64,000 bases of DNA from the NCBI RefSeq assembly GCF_035084215.1, contig NC_090361.1:1488001-1552000 (forward strand), read 5' to 3'. The position numbers were made by a program, and so were the translations under genes. The notes below the pieces were generated by a model that made no database searches, had not been told where the DNA came from, and saw only the letters and a list, made by a program, of their open reading frames with translations. Shown here piece by piece: positions 45,853 to 58,002 of the stretch. Source of the stretch: Heptranchias perlo. Lineage: Eukaryota. Numbering within the stretch: position 1 is the stretch's first letter; each line of letters starts with the position of its first letter.

Positions 45853-48800
45853 CTGTGTGAGAAAGACTGAGCCTCAGAATTACTGTAACTCTCCCAGGTA
45901 CAACCCACAGTCCGTTTTATAATAAACTTTCTACCATGCCCCAAGGGCCATTCTGTCTGTGTGAGTTTAGACAGTGTCAGTGGATGATGTGATTGTGAGT
46001 GTCAGGCCCTCAGCCTCACCCTGTCCATGTACATTCCAGCGAGGGTCACTGGATCCTGACTGCTGGGTCAGGAAGGCCAAGCCAAAGAGCAGGGATCAAA
46101 CCGGGAACCCTCCTGGTCTGTGGAGTCAGTGTTAACCTGCGGCTTCTCTCACTCACCGGGCCTCCGGGGGCAGGGGTCTATTTCCTTTTGTATTTCCCGA
46201 CTGCATTTAGCCTCCAACAAAGGTCTCAGCCTCAGATTTCTCTATTCTCCATTCCTAGGTCCCATGTCTCCAGCAACATCCTCTTCAGGCGTCCCACCAC
46301 CCCTCCTGCAGTGAGACACTGTAACCCTGAACCTGTGATTCCCTGTCCATTTCAGAACAGATCAGGTGTTAGCAGAGTCACCCAGTGTTCACTGACTCTG
46401 CTCCTGTACAAGGTTCAACATCCCCTCTATTCCGAGTGACTAACCAGCTTTCCCTTCTCTTGCCATGCACCATAACTAACAACCTGCTCCCGCACCATTC
46501 ACCGACCTCGCCTCACACAAGGCACGACCAGCTTTTCACTGTCACATTAATTCCCTTCTATCTCCAGCTTCTGATAACGACAGATCTGGGTCCTCTGCCT
46601 TAGGATTTATCCACAATAAGGCAACAGAGCTAAGAAGAGCACTTTCCAAAGCTCCTGTTCCAGGAAATTCAAACAGGGCAACCCAGGGCTGATCACCCGG
46701 TAGACGAGGAGACTGCGGAGAGATAACGGCAGGCGGTTTGTCTGCGACTCCCTGGTGAGCATTTGGAGAATCAGCCCTTCTGTGTAAGAGAACCCAAGGG
46801 CCTGATTGCAGGGTTCAGGGCGTCCTCTCACACCCGAGCCTAGGGCATCAGTGAGCGTAATCCAGCGTCACTCTCTGACCTGAAGGGGAACCCCAGCTGC
46901 TGACCCGCAAAACACAACCCCCAAACACAACCCCCCCAAACAAACACAACCCCCAAACACAACCCCCCCAAAACAAACACAAACCCCCCAAACAAACACA
47001 ACCCCCCACCAAAACAAACAATCCCCCAAACACAACCCCCACCAAAACAAACACAACCCCACCAAAACAAACATAAACCCCCCCAAACACAACCCCACCA
47101 AAACAAACACAACCCCACCAAAACAAACACAACCCCACCAAAACACAAACCCCCCAAAAACAAACACAACCCCCACCAAAACAAACACAACCCCCACCAA
47201 AACAAACACAAACCCCCCCAAACACAACCCCCACCAAAACAAACACAACCCCACCAAAACAAACACAACCCCACCAAAACAAACACAAACCCCCCCAAAC
47301 ACAACCCCCACCAAAACAAACACAACCCCACCAAAACAAACACAAACCCCCCCAAACACAACCCCACCAAAACAAACACAACCCCCACCAAAACAAACAC
47401 AACCCCCACCAAAACAAACATAAACCCCCCCAAACACAACCCCCACCAAAACAAACACAACCCCCACCAAAACAAACACAAACCCCACCAAAACAAACAC
47501 AAACCCCACCAAAACAAACACAACCCCACCAAAACAAACACAACCCCCCCAAAACAAACACAACCCCCCCAAAACAAACACAACCCCCCCAAAACAAACA
47601 CAACCCCCCCCAAAACAAACACAACCCCCCCAAAACAAACACAAACCCCCCAAACAAACACAAACCCCCCAACACAACCCCCCCAAAACGCAAACAAACA
47701 CCCCCAAAACGCACACAAACCCCCCAAAACGCACACAAACCCCCCAAAACGCACACAAACCCCCAAAACGCACACAAACCCCCCCAAAAACACACACAAA
47801 CCCCCCCAAAAACACACACAAACCCTCCCAAAACGAACACAAACCCCCCCAAAACAAACACAAACCCCCCAAAACACACACAAACCCCCCCAAAACAAAC
47901 ACAAACCCCCCAAAACAAACACAAACCCCCCCAAAACAAACACAAACCCCCAAAACAAACACAAACCCCCCCAAAAACACACACAAACCCCCCCAAAAAC
48001 ACACACAAACCCCCCCAAAAAACACACACAAACCCCCCCAAAAACACACACAAACCCCCCCAAAACAAACACAAACCCCCCCAAAACAAACACAAACCCC
48101 CCCAAAACAAACACAAACCCCTCCAAAACAAACACAAACCCCTCCAAAACAAACACAAACCCCCCCAAAACAAACACAAACCCCCCAAAACAAACACAAA
48201 CCCCCCCAAAACGAGTCGGGCTCTGATTATTATGGTCTGGGGTGGAGGGGGGACGAGTCGGGCTCTGATTATTATGGTCTGGGGTGGAGGGGGGGACGAG
48301 TCGGGCTCTGATTATTATGGTCTGGGGTGGAGGGGGGACGAGTCGGGCTCCGATTATTATGGTCTGGGGTGGAGTCCAGCGCTGATTATCCTGCACCATT
48401 CTATTCATCAATTGAATATAGTTCATTTTCTCCCAACTCACAGTCCATAGCACGTAATTTGAGAAGTGACGCCAGGTGTTTATCGTCCTCGGACTCCTGC
48501 ACCAGTGGGATGCTGAGACACGCTTTGTTCCGCAGAGCCTCATCTTTCTCTTCCGCCTCTTTCAACACCTTCTTCTCATCCTAAAGGCAGGAATAAAGGA
48601 ATTGTTACTAAAGAACTAACCTCCGTGAGTGTAACGGAGCGAAGGAGCTGATTCAGTGTTTGTACTGGAATGAGTAGTTGCTCATACCAGTGGTTGTGAC
48701 GTCGGGAAACAATTTTGCAGCAAGCTGCGGATCAATGATCCCAAAATACTGAACCGAGAGCTGCTATTTGAAGTTTCTCTGAGCAACTTAGACAAGGCAG

Positions 48801-51800
48801 AAAGGCTGATCTATGGCGAATCACTGATGACGCAGGCTATGCTTCTGACTGGCTTCTCTGAAAAGGATGAAAATGAAGGTGATTTTGAAAAGTGGAGAAT
48901 TCACGGGGAGAGGGAAGTGGGAACAAAGGATACCTGGTTTTAATCGGATGATTGGTTCATAGGCATAAACTTCACTGACGTCACCGAGGTCGTTCAGCTT
49001 TGGGTTTAGTGACTTGGGGGGGGGAATACCCGTACACTGACCGCTGTCTCTCGGGGGGGTGGGAATATCTGTACACTGATTGCTGTCTCTCGGGGGGGTG
49101 GGAATACCTGTACACTGACCGCTGTCTCTCGGGGGGGTGGGAGTACCCGTACACTGACTGCTGTCTCTCGGGGGGGGAGGTGGGAATACCTGTACACTGA
49201 CCGCTGTCTCTCGGGGGGGTGGGAGTACCCGTACACTGACTGCTGTCTCTCGGGGGGGGAGGTGGGAATACCTGTACACTGACCGCTGTCTCTCGGGGGG
49301 GGGGGGGGGGGGGGGGGGGGAAATACCTGTACACTGACCGCCGTCTCTCGGAGGGTGTGGGAATACCTGTACACTGACTACTGTCTCTCGGGGGGGGGTG
49401 GGAATACCTGTACACTGACTGCTGTCTCTCGGGGGGGGGGGTGGGGGGTGGGAATACCTGTACACTGACTACTGTCTCTCGGGGGGGGGGTGGGAATACC
49501 TGTACACTGACCGCTATCTCTCGGGGGGGTGGGAATACCTGTACACTGACCGCTATCTCTCGGGGGGGTGGGAATACCTGTACACTGACCGCTATCTCTC
49601 GGGGGGGTGGGAATACCTGTACACTGATTGCTGTCTCTCGGTGGGGTGGGAATACCTGTACACTGACCGCTATCTCTCGGGGGGGTGGGAATACCTGTAC
49701 ACTGACTGCTGTCTCTCGGGGGGGGGGGCGGGTGGGAATATCTGTACACTGACCGCTGTCTCTCGGTGGGGTGGGAATACCTGTACANNNNNNNNNNNNN
49801 NNNNNNNNNNNNNNNNNNNNNNNNNNNNNNNNNNNNNNNNNNNNNNNNNNNNNNNNNNNNNNNNNNNNNNNNNNNNNNNNNNNNNNNNNNNNNNNNNNNN
49901 NNNNNNNNNNNNNNNNNNNNNNGTCTCTCGAGGAGGTGCCTCTACTCTGACAGCTTTACAGTTTGAACAGAAATCTGCCTAACTGTAGACGTACCCGGAA
50001 TTTCTTGCGCAGCATGCTGTTAATGGCAAAGTCATCCTTCCAGGCGCTCTGCATCTCCTGGATGTTGGATAGAGTGGGAATGGCAGCCTTCAGTTTCTCC
50101 TGGTCACCCACCCCATGCTCTAGCTTGTACATGGGATCAGTCTCCAACTTCTGCTTCTCTTCATGCTCTGAAGGAACAATGGTCACTTTCGGATTAAATA
50201 CAGAAAGCACGACACTCACCCCGTGCCCAACAACACCCTGCCTTTATATCGCACCTTTAATGCAGCAAAACGCCCCACAGTACATCACAGAGGCGTAATC
50301 AAACAAATGGACGTGAGCCAAAGGAGATATTAGGAGGGATGATCATAATCTCGGTCTGAGGAGGATCTAAGGAGGGTCTTAAAGGAGGACAGGGAGGGGA
50401 AGAGCAGTGGGGTTTAAAGGAGGGAATCCCAGGGCATGGGCCTAGACGGTTGAAGGTGCTGCCGCTGTTGGTCGGGCGTGGGGAGGCCAGAAACAGAGGA
50501 ACGGCGAATTTGGTGGCAGGGGCAAGGCAATGAAAGGATTTAAACAAGAGGATGAGAATTATAAATTGGAGGCGTAGGGGGATTGGGAGCTAATAGGCCG
50601 GGACGGATAGGGTGCAGGATGAGCGGGACTTGTAATATGGGCCGGGACGGACAGGACTTGTAATATGGGCCGGGACGGACAGGACTTGTAATATGGGCCG
50701 GGACGGACAGGACTTGTAATATGGGCCGGGACGGACAGGACTTGTAATATGGGCCGGGACGGACAGGACTTGTAATATGGGCCGGGACGGACAGGACTTG
50801 TAATATGGGCCGGGACGGACAGGACTTGTAATATGGGCCGGGACGGACAGGACTTGTAATATGGGCCGGGACGGACAGGACTTGTAATATGGGCCGGGAC
50901 GGACAGGACTTGTAATATGGGCCGGGACGGACAGGACTTGTAATATGGGCCGGGACGGACAGGACTTGTAATATGGGCCGGGAGACGGACAGGACTTGTA
51001 ATATGGGCCGGGACGGACAGGACTTGTAATATGGGCCGGGACGGACAGGACTTGTAATATGGGCCGGGACGGACAGGACTTGTAATATGGGCCGGGACGG
51101 ACAGGACTTGTAATATGGGCCGGGACGGACAGGACTTGTAATATGGGCCGGGACGGACAGGACTTGTAATATGGGCCGGGACGGACAGGACTTGTAATAT
51201 GGGCCGGGACGGACAGGACTTGTAATATGGGCCGGGACGGACAGGACTTGTAATATGGGCCGGGACGGACAGGACTTGTAATATGGGCCGGGACGGACAG
51301 GGTGCAGGATATAATCATAGAAAAGATACAGCACAGAAGGGGGCCATTCGGCCCATCGTGTCCACGCCGGCTCGAAGAACAACCAGTTCCCCATTCTAAT
51401 CCCACCTTCCAGCACCCGGTCCGTAGCCCTGCAGCTTACAGCACTTTAGGTGCAGGTCCAGGTACTTTTTAAAAGAGTTGAGGGTCCCTGCCTCTACCAC
51501 CAATTCGGGCAGTGAATTCCATACACCCACCACCCTCTGGGTAAAAAAGATTTTCCTCATGTCCCCTCTAATCCTTCCGCCAATCGGCTTAAATCTATGT
51601 CCTCTAGTTCTTCAACTCTCCGCTAGGGGAAACAGGTACTTCCTGTCTACTCTATCTAGGCCCCTCATAATTTTGTGCACCTCAATCAAGTCTCCCCTCA
51701 GCCTCCTCTGCTCCAAGGAAAATAACCCCAGCCTATCCAATCTCTCCTCATAGCTGCAATTTTCAAGCCCTGGCAACATTTTTGTAAATCTTCTCTGCAC

Positions 51801-54800
51801 TCGCTCCAGAGCAATTACGTCCTTCCTGTAAAATGGTGACCAGAACTGCGCACAATACTCCAGCTGTGGCCTTATCAGTGTTTTATACAGTTCCATCTTT
51901 ACATCCTTGCTTTTGTATTCTATACCTCGGCTAATAACGGAGAGCATTCCGTATGCCTTCTTCACAACCTTATCTACCTGTACTGCCACCTTCAGGGACC
52001 TGTGCACATGCACTCCAAGGTCTCTCACTTCCACGACCCCTCTCAATATATTCCCGTTTACTGTGTCTTTCCTTTTACTGTTTGCCCTCCCTAAGTGCAT
52101 TACCTCACACTTCTCCGGGTTGGACTCCATTTGCCACTTTTCCACCCACTCCACCAACCCATTGATATCTCTCCTCTTTAACTCCTACGTCCGGATCATC
52201 CCTTTGTGAATACGGAGACAAAATATTAATTTAAAACCCTACCCACATCCTCTGCTTCTACACACAAGTTACCCTTATCATCCCTGATAGGTCCCACCTT
52301 TTCCTTAGCTATCCTCTTGTTCTTAATGCACTGATAAAACATCTTTGGGTTTTCTTTAATCTTACTAGCTAATATTTTTTCATGCCCTCTCTTTGCTTTC
52401 CTTATTTCCTTTTTTACGTCATCCCTGTACTTTCTATACTCCTCTAGGCTTTCCGCAGTATTTAGTTTTCTGTGACAGTCATAAGCTCTCTTTTTCTGCT
52501 TTATCTTGCCCCGTATACTTCTAGACAACCAGGGGGCTCGAAATTTGGCAGTGCCACCCTGTTTCTTTGAGGGGACGTGTCTGCATTGTACCCGTAGAAT
52601 TTTACTTTTTAGTGCCTCCCACTGGCTTGCCACTGATTTCTCCTCAAGTAGTTGTGTCCAGTCCACTTCTGCCAAACCACCTCTTAGTTCTGTAAAATTT
52701 GCCTTCCCCCAATTTAAAATGTTTACTCCTGATTTAACTCTGTCCTTTTCCATAATAATGCTAAAACTAACTGAATTGTGGTCACTATCCCCAATATGGT
52801 CACCCACTGTCACTTCACCCACTTGCCCATCTTCATTTCCCAGGACTAAATCTAGAATTGCATCCCCTCTTGTTGGGCTTGTCACGTACTGGCTAAAAAA
52901 GTTCTCCTGGACATCGATCAAGAATTTTGCACCCTCTGTGCCCCTCACACTGTTTGAATCCCAGTTGATGTTAGGGTAGTTGAAGTCCCCGACTATTATT
53001 GCCCTCTTATTTTTACACTCAGAAATTTGCCAAATATTTGTTCTTCTATCTCCCTTTCGCTATTCGGGGGTCTATAGTACACTCCTAGTGTGACTGCCCC
53101 TTTTTTATTTCTTACCTCACCCATATGGCCTCGATTGATGATCCATTTCGCATTTCATCCCTTCTCACAAATGTAATTGATTCTTTAACCAATAATGCTA
53201 CCCCCCCTCCTTTTTTATCACCCACTCTATCCTGCCTGAAAACTCTATATCCAGGGTTATTGAGCTGCCAATTATCCCCCTCTTTAAGTCAGGTTTCCGT
53301 TATAGCAATGATATCTTGCTGCCATGTGTCTATCTCTACCGGACTGCAGGATGAGCAGGACTTGTAATATAGGCCGGGACAGACAGGATACAGGATGAGC
53401 AGGACTTCTTGTGGGATAGGATACAGGCAGCAGGGGTTTGGATGAGCTGAAGTTTACAGTGGGTGGAGGATGAGAGGCCAGCCAGGATTGGAATTGTCGA
53501 GTCTGGAGGTGACAAAGGCACGGATCAGGGTTTCAGCAGCAGATAGAACAGCACAGGTTTAAAAAAACAGAACAAGCAAGTTAGGGGAATGGGCAATGTG
53601 CTCTGTACAGTTGGCTTGCACGTAGATCGAGCTAATTGGGAGCAGGGGGGTGGTAAGCAGTGGAAAAGAGGAGACTCGGGGGGGGGGGGGGGGGGGGGGG
53701 GGAATGACGATGGAGGGAGATCCAAAGAAAAGAAACTCAGTAGGGGGCTGCCCGCCCAACAGTCATCGTCATAACCCAAATGACACACTGACCGTCAGTA
53801 CACTGTCCCCACCCTCCCGCACGCTGAGAGTCAGTACATCGTCCCCCGCCGTCCCGCACGCTGAGAATCGTCCCCACCCTCCCGCACGCTGAGAGTCAGT
53901 GCATCGTCCCCACCCTCCCGCACGCTGACCGTCAGTACATCGTCCCCACCGTCCGCACGCTGACCGTCAGTACATCGTCCCCACCCTCCCGCACGCTGAC
54001 CGTCAGTACATCGTCCCACTGTCCCACACACTGACCGTCAGTACATCGTCCCCACCCTCCCACACACTGACTGTCCTCACACTCTTGCAATCTGTAACAT
54101 GCTCCTGTCTCCCTCCTGGGTCACTAACCAGTTGTTAGAATCTGCTCGTTGTCCTTCATGTCCCATCGTTCCTCCTTACGCCGAGCTCCACTCACAATCA
54201 CATAGTCGCAGTTCGCCGGGTCAGTTTGCATCTCGATGTGGTTCACACACAAGTGACACTTCATCCGAAACCTGCAGCATCCAACATCAGGTTCTTACTA
54301 AAACTGCACCCCAGGGAATAGACCCCACCTGGACAGAAACCCCCCCCCCAAAACCAGGGGAGCGAGCCTCCCCAAAAATCAGGAAGAGACCCTTCCCCCC
54401 CACCCCCCCCCCCCACCACCACCACCACCACGGGGAGAGTTCCCATGCGCAGATTCAGTGTGTGTGCAGTTTGTTATTCTCCTGCCCCAGTACATTATCT
54501 GTATTGAATTTGGCAGTGCAGGGCCCCATGGTTCACTGTTGCACCACAGAGGCAGTGAGTGTGAGCTGCCAGACTGACAGGAATCCGTGGGATTCTCACA
54601 GGAAAACTGATTTGACAATTATGGAAATATCCCTCACTGATCTGTTAACGGTAAAGCTTTGCTGTAGGGGCCAGAGGGAGACTTCCAGGAGGGTGAATAG
54701 TAGCTGTGATTGGGCTGTGTGGGGGAGGGAGGGACAGCAGCAGTGTACCTGTAGATGGGGGTTGTGTAGTAGTTCCCAACTTTCTTCTTCTCTGCATTGT

Positions 54801-54809
54801 ACCGGACAC
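45398..54809 (-). CDS. YJU2B: YJU2B/CCDC130 splicing factor, 5'-partial; exons 54809-54749, 54271-54129, 50167-49995, 48580-48442, 45852-45398
   Basis: GVRYNAEKKKVGNYYTTPIYR|FRMKCHLCVNHIEMQTDPANCDYVIVSGARRKEERWD...|EHEEKQKLETDPMYKLEHG...WKDDFAINSMLRKKFR|...IPLVQESEDD..|SYEDKQRMKRKEITSRPWF; GT-AG introns with consistent phases. Confidence 0.95.
46908..48375. repeat. C/A-rich minisatellite (CAAAACAAACACAACCCC)n followed by a 42-bp repeat x4
   Basis: Low-complexity tandem array; source of the 443-567 aa spurious ORFs. Confidence 0.93.
48442..48580 (-). CDS. YJU2B: YJU2B exon
   Basis: DEKKVLKEAEEKDEALRNKACLSIPLVQESEDDKHLASLLKLRAMD. Confidence 0.93.
49015..49787. repeat. ~40-bp minisatellite (GGTGGGAATACCTGTACACTGACCGCTGTCTCTCGGGGG) running into a gap
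   Basis: About 19 units. Confidence 0.92.
49788..49922. other. Assembly gap (N)
   Basis: Run of N. Confidence 1.
49995..50167 (-). CDS. YJU2B: YJU2B exon
   Basis: HEEKQKLETDPMYKLEHG...MLRKKFR. Confidence 0.95.
50240..50620 (-). mobile_element. L2-type LINE 3' fragment (continues at ~53345-53545)
   Basis: CTTTATATCGCACCTTTAA end; AAGGAGATATTAGG; homologous to 17674-18010. Confidence 0.7.
50625..51300. repeat. 27-bp minisatellite (GGACTTGTAATATGGGCCGGGACGGACA-like) derived from L2 sequence
   Basis: About 25 near-identical units. Confidence 0.95.
51311..53344 (-). mobile_element. CR1 LINE (~2 kb) with endonuclease and C-terminal parts; RT core deleted
   Basis: VGDFN..., PTRGDAILDLVLGN, GDSDH, KENPKMFY (52226-52948) abuts WQMESNPEKCEVMHLG...LYKTLIRPQLEY (51612-52157). 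Confidence 0.9.
53785..54075. repeat. ~35-bp minisatellite (CGCTGACCGTCAGTACATCGTCCCCACCCTCCCGCA)
   Basis: About 8 units. Confidence 0.88.
54129..54271 (-). CDS. YJU2B: YJU2B exon (second CxxC of the zinc knuckle)
   Basis: FRMKCHLCVNHIEMQTDPANCDY...EQILTT. Confidence 0.95.
54749..54809 (-). CDS. YJU2B: YJU2B exon (GVRYNAEKKKVGNYYTTPIYR)
   Basis: TTCTAG|GT...TACAG|GTACAC. Confidence 0.94.
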
Positions 54810-54837
54810 CTAGAACCAACAAAGAACATAGTCATTG

Positions 54838-55539
54838 ACCCCTCTCCGACCCCTCCCCCCGCCGACCCGTCACCCTCTCCGACCCGTCACCCGTCACCCT
54901 CTCCGACCCGTCACCCTCTCCCTCTCCCTCTCCGACCCGTCACCCTCTCCCTCTCTCCCTCTCCTCTCCGACCCGTCACCCTCTCCCTCTCCCTCTCCCT
55001 CTCCGACCCGTCACCCTCTCCCTCTCCCTCTCCCTCTCCGACCCGTCACCCTCTCCCTCTCCGACCCGTCACCCTCTCCCTCTCCCTCTCCCTCTCCGAC
55101 CCGTCACCCTCTCCCTCTCCGACCCGTCACCCTCTCCCTCTCCCTCTCCCTCTCCGACCCGTCACCCTCTCCCTCTCCGACCCGTCACCCTCTCCCTCTC
55201 CGACCCGTCACCCTCTCCCTCTCCCTCTCCCTCTCCGACCCGTCACCCTCTCCCTCTCCCTCTCCTCTCCCTCTCCCTCTCCGACCCGTCACCCTCTCCC
55301 TCTCCCTCTCCGACCCGTCACCCTCTCCCTCTCCCTCTCCGACCCGTCACCCTCTCCCTCTCCGACCCGTCACCCTCTCCCTCTCCGACCCGTCACCCTC
55401 TCCCTCTCCGACCCGTCACCCTCTCCCTCTCCGACCCGTCACCCTCTCCCTCTCCGACCCGTCACCCTCTCCCTCTCCGACCCGTCACCCTCTCCCTCTC
55501 CGACCCGTCACCCTCTCCCTCTCCGACCCGTCACCCTCA
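54838..55539. repeat. Minisatellite (CTCTCCGACCCGTCACCCTCTCC)n running into a gap
   Basis: Visible tandem units. Confidence 0.93.
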
Positions 55540-55739
55540 NNNNNNNNNNNNNNNNNNNNNNNNNNNNNNNNNNNNNNNNNNNNNNNNNNNNNNNNNNNNN
55601 NNNNNNNNNNNNNNNNNNNNNNNNNNNNNNNNNNNNNNNNNNNNNNNNNNNNNNNNNNNNNNNNNNNNNNNNNNNNNNNNNNNNNNNNNNNNNNNNNNNN
55701 NNNNNNNNNNNNNNNNNNNNNNNNNNNNNNNNNNNNNNN
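55540..55739. other. Assembly gap (200 N; true size unknown)
   Basis: Run of exactly 200 N. Confidence 1.
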
Positions 55740-55839
55740 TCGGTGAGTCCTCATTTTACAGCTTTTCTCAGCTTCGAGCTTCTCCGGATTTTTACACTTC
55801 ACTTGCTGTTGTTTTTGGGATTGTACCAGTTGGCAGCCG

Positions 55840-56352
55840 GGTCTGAGGGAGGGGGTCTGAGGGAGGAGGAGGAGGGGGTCTGAGGGAGGAGGAGGATGGG
55901 AGGGGGTCTGAGGAAGGGAGGGGGAGGGGGTCTGAGGAAGGGAGGGGGTCTGAGGGAGGAGGAGGATGGGAGGGGGTCTGAGGGAAGGAGGGGGAGGGGG
56001 TCTGAGGGAAGGGAGGGGGAGAGGGCTGAGGGAAGGGAGGGGGAGAGGTCTGAGGGAGGAGGAGGAGGATGGGAGGGGGTCTGAGGGAAGGGAGGGGGTT
56101 GAGGGAGGAGGAGGATGGGAGGGGGTCTGAGGGAAGGGAGGGGGTCTGAGGGAGGAGGAGGATGGGAGGGGTCTGAGGGAAGGGAGGGGGTCTGAGGGAG
56201 GAGGAGGATGGAGGGGGTCTGAGGGAGGAGGAGGATGGGAGGGGGTCTGAGGGAGGAGGAGGATGGGAGGGGGTCTGAGGGAGGAGGAGGATGGGAGGGG
56301 GTCTGAGGGAAGAGAGGGGAGAGGGCTGAGGGAGGAGGATGGGAGGGGGTCT
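55840..56352. repeat. Purine-rich minisatellite (GGGGGTCTGAGGGAGGAGGAGGATGGGA)
   Basis: About 20 degenerate units. Confidence 0.9.
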
Positions 56353-57084
56353 GTCAGCGATGGAATGAACAAACAGCCAGTGTGAGATCGAGATGAGGGA
56401 AGATGGGGATTGAGATAAAACACATGGAGGCATTAGACTGAAACGAGCGAGGGATCCCGATGAGCATTATTAATAGAGGGGTCGAATCAAGCAGAAAGCG
56501 ACTATGGAGCAGAGCTAGTCCAGAGATCAGATCCACACCATTGGAACAGTGAGAGGCCATTCAGCCCCTCGAGCTTGTTGCGCCATTCAGTGAGATCCAC
56601 ACCAAGACATGCCGGGTTGGGGTCAGAGGTGGAACAAGATGAGGGTTGGAGGGACACCAGGTTAGGCCCAGTAGTGGAGTGAGATGAGACTGTTGTGGGA
56701 GTAGGTGACGACAGTGGAGTGGGGGACTGTCTGAGTTGTTGTAGGGGCAGGTGGCAATGTACAATCATGTTGGGCATCACTTCTTCAGAAAGGCTGTCAG
56801 GCGTTCAGTTCCATGTCAGACAGAGCGGCGTTCTCTCCAGGCTGTAGGTTCATTCAGATCTCGCAGTGAGTAGGAGCACACAGCACAGAGTTACTGTCTG
56901 GAGGAGTCCCAACTGGGCAATAGAGATCAGGATATGGTTAGAGTCCAAGACACTGAAAGCGGCATTTCAAGTGGCTGCCTCAGTGCCTCATCTCATGTCG
57001 GTTCAGGTCTGAACGCTTGAGGTGTTACATAACACAGCAGCGTTGAATGTCTTTCCGCAGAGTCACCGGTCCGAGTGCCTCAAT

Positions 57085-57390
57085 ACAACAATAAGGTAGC
57101 ACCTTTAACAAGGGGAGGGGAGACTGACCCTGAGGAGTGAGGGGAGGTCAAGACATAGGTCTAAGGAGACTTTTGAAAGTGGGGAGAGATGTGGTGGAGC
57201 AGAGTTCCAGAGAAGGGAGAATGATTCCTGGACACTCTGCACTGATGGGAGTGACAGGAGGAGGATGCAGAGGAAGGCCAGAGTTGGAAGGGCAGAGACT
57301 GGGGCTGGGAGGGGGAGTTTACAGGGCTGAAGCCATGGAGGGAGCTGAGGATTTTGAATGTTGGGGGACGTGAACCAGTGAAGGTCAGTG
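57085..57390 (-). mobile_element. Degenerate L2 remnant
   Basis: CAACA...TAGCACCTTTAAC start and a purine-rich body like the other L2 copies. Confidence 0.5.
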
Positions 57391-57444
57391 AGAACTGGGA
57401 TTGATGAGCAGCACCGAGGGCTGCCTTTGAAAGAAGTGAAACAA

Positions 57445-58002
57445 TTCGGGTACGCAGGGCGCTCACCGACTCGGGTACGCAGGGCGGTGACCGACTCCGT
57501 TCGGTACGCAGGGCGCTCACCGACTCCGGGTACGCAGGGCGCTCACCGACTCCGTTTGGGTACGCAGGGCGGTGACCGACTCGTTTGGGTACGCAGGGCG
57601 GTGACCGACTCCGGGTACGCAGCGCGGTGACCGACTCCGGGTACGCAGCGCGGTGACCGACTCTGTTCGGGTACGCAGGGCGGTGACCGACTCCGGGTAC
57701 GCAGGGCGGTGACCGACTCTGTTCGGGTACGCAGGGCGGTGACCGACTCCGGGTACGCAGGGCGGTGACCGACTCCGGGTACGCAGGGCGGTGACCGACT
57801 CTGTTCGGGTACGCAGGGCGGTGACCGACTCTGTTCGGGTACGCAGGGCGGTGACCGACTCCGGGTACGCAGGGCGGTGACCGACTCCGGGTACGCAGGG
57901 CGGTGACCGACTCCGGGTACGCAGGGCGGTGACCGACTCCGGGTACGCAGGGCGGTGACCGACTCCGTTCGGGTACGCAGGGGCGGTGACCGACTCCGTT
58001 CC
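57445..58002. repeat. CpG-rich minisatellite (GGGTACGCAGGGCGGTGACCGACTCC[GTTC])
   Basis: About 20 units. Confidence 0.93.

Noticed and set aside
46840-48543. 443-567 aa Gly/Val/Phe/Cys ORFs
   Set aside because: Low-complexity C/A repeat in a YJU2B intron.
55740-55790. TCGGTGAGT after the gap matches the 3' end of mature miR-181
   Set aside because: No miR-181 3p arm (ACCATCGACCGTTGA) follows, so there is no precursor hairpin; more likely a splice donor or chance.
54099-55883. 594-aa + strand ORF
   Set aside because: Antisense to YJU2B exons and runs through a repeat and an N-gap.
57061-57095. 35-nt + strand micro-exon
   Set aside because: The donor side overlaps an L2 terminus remnant and no partner coding exons were found.
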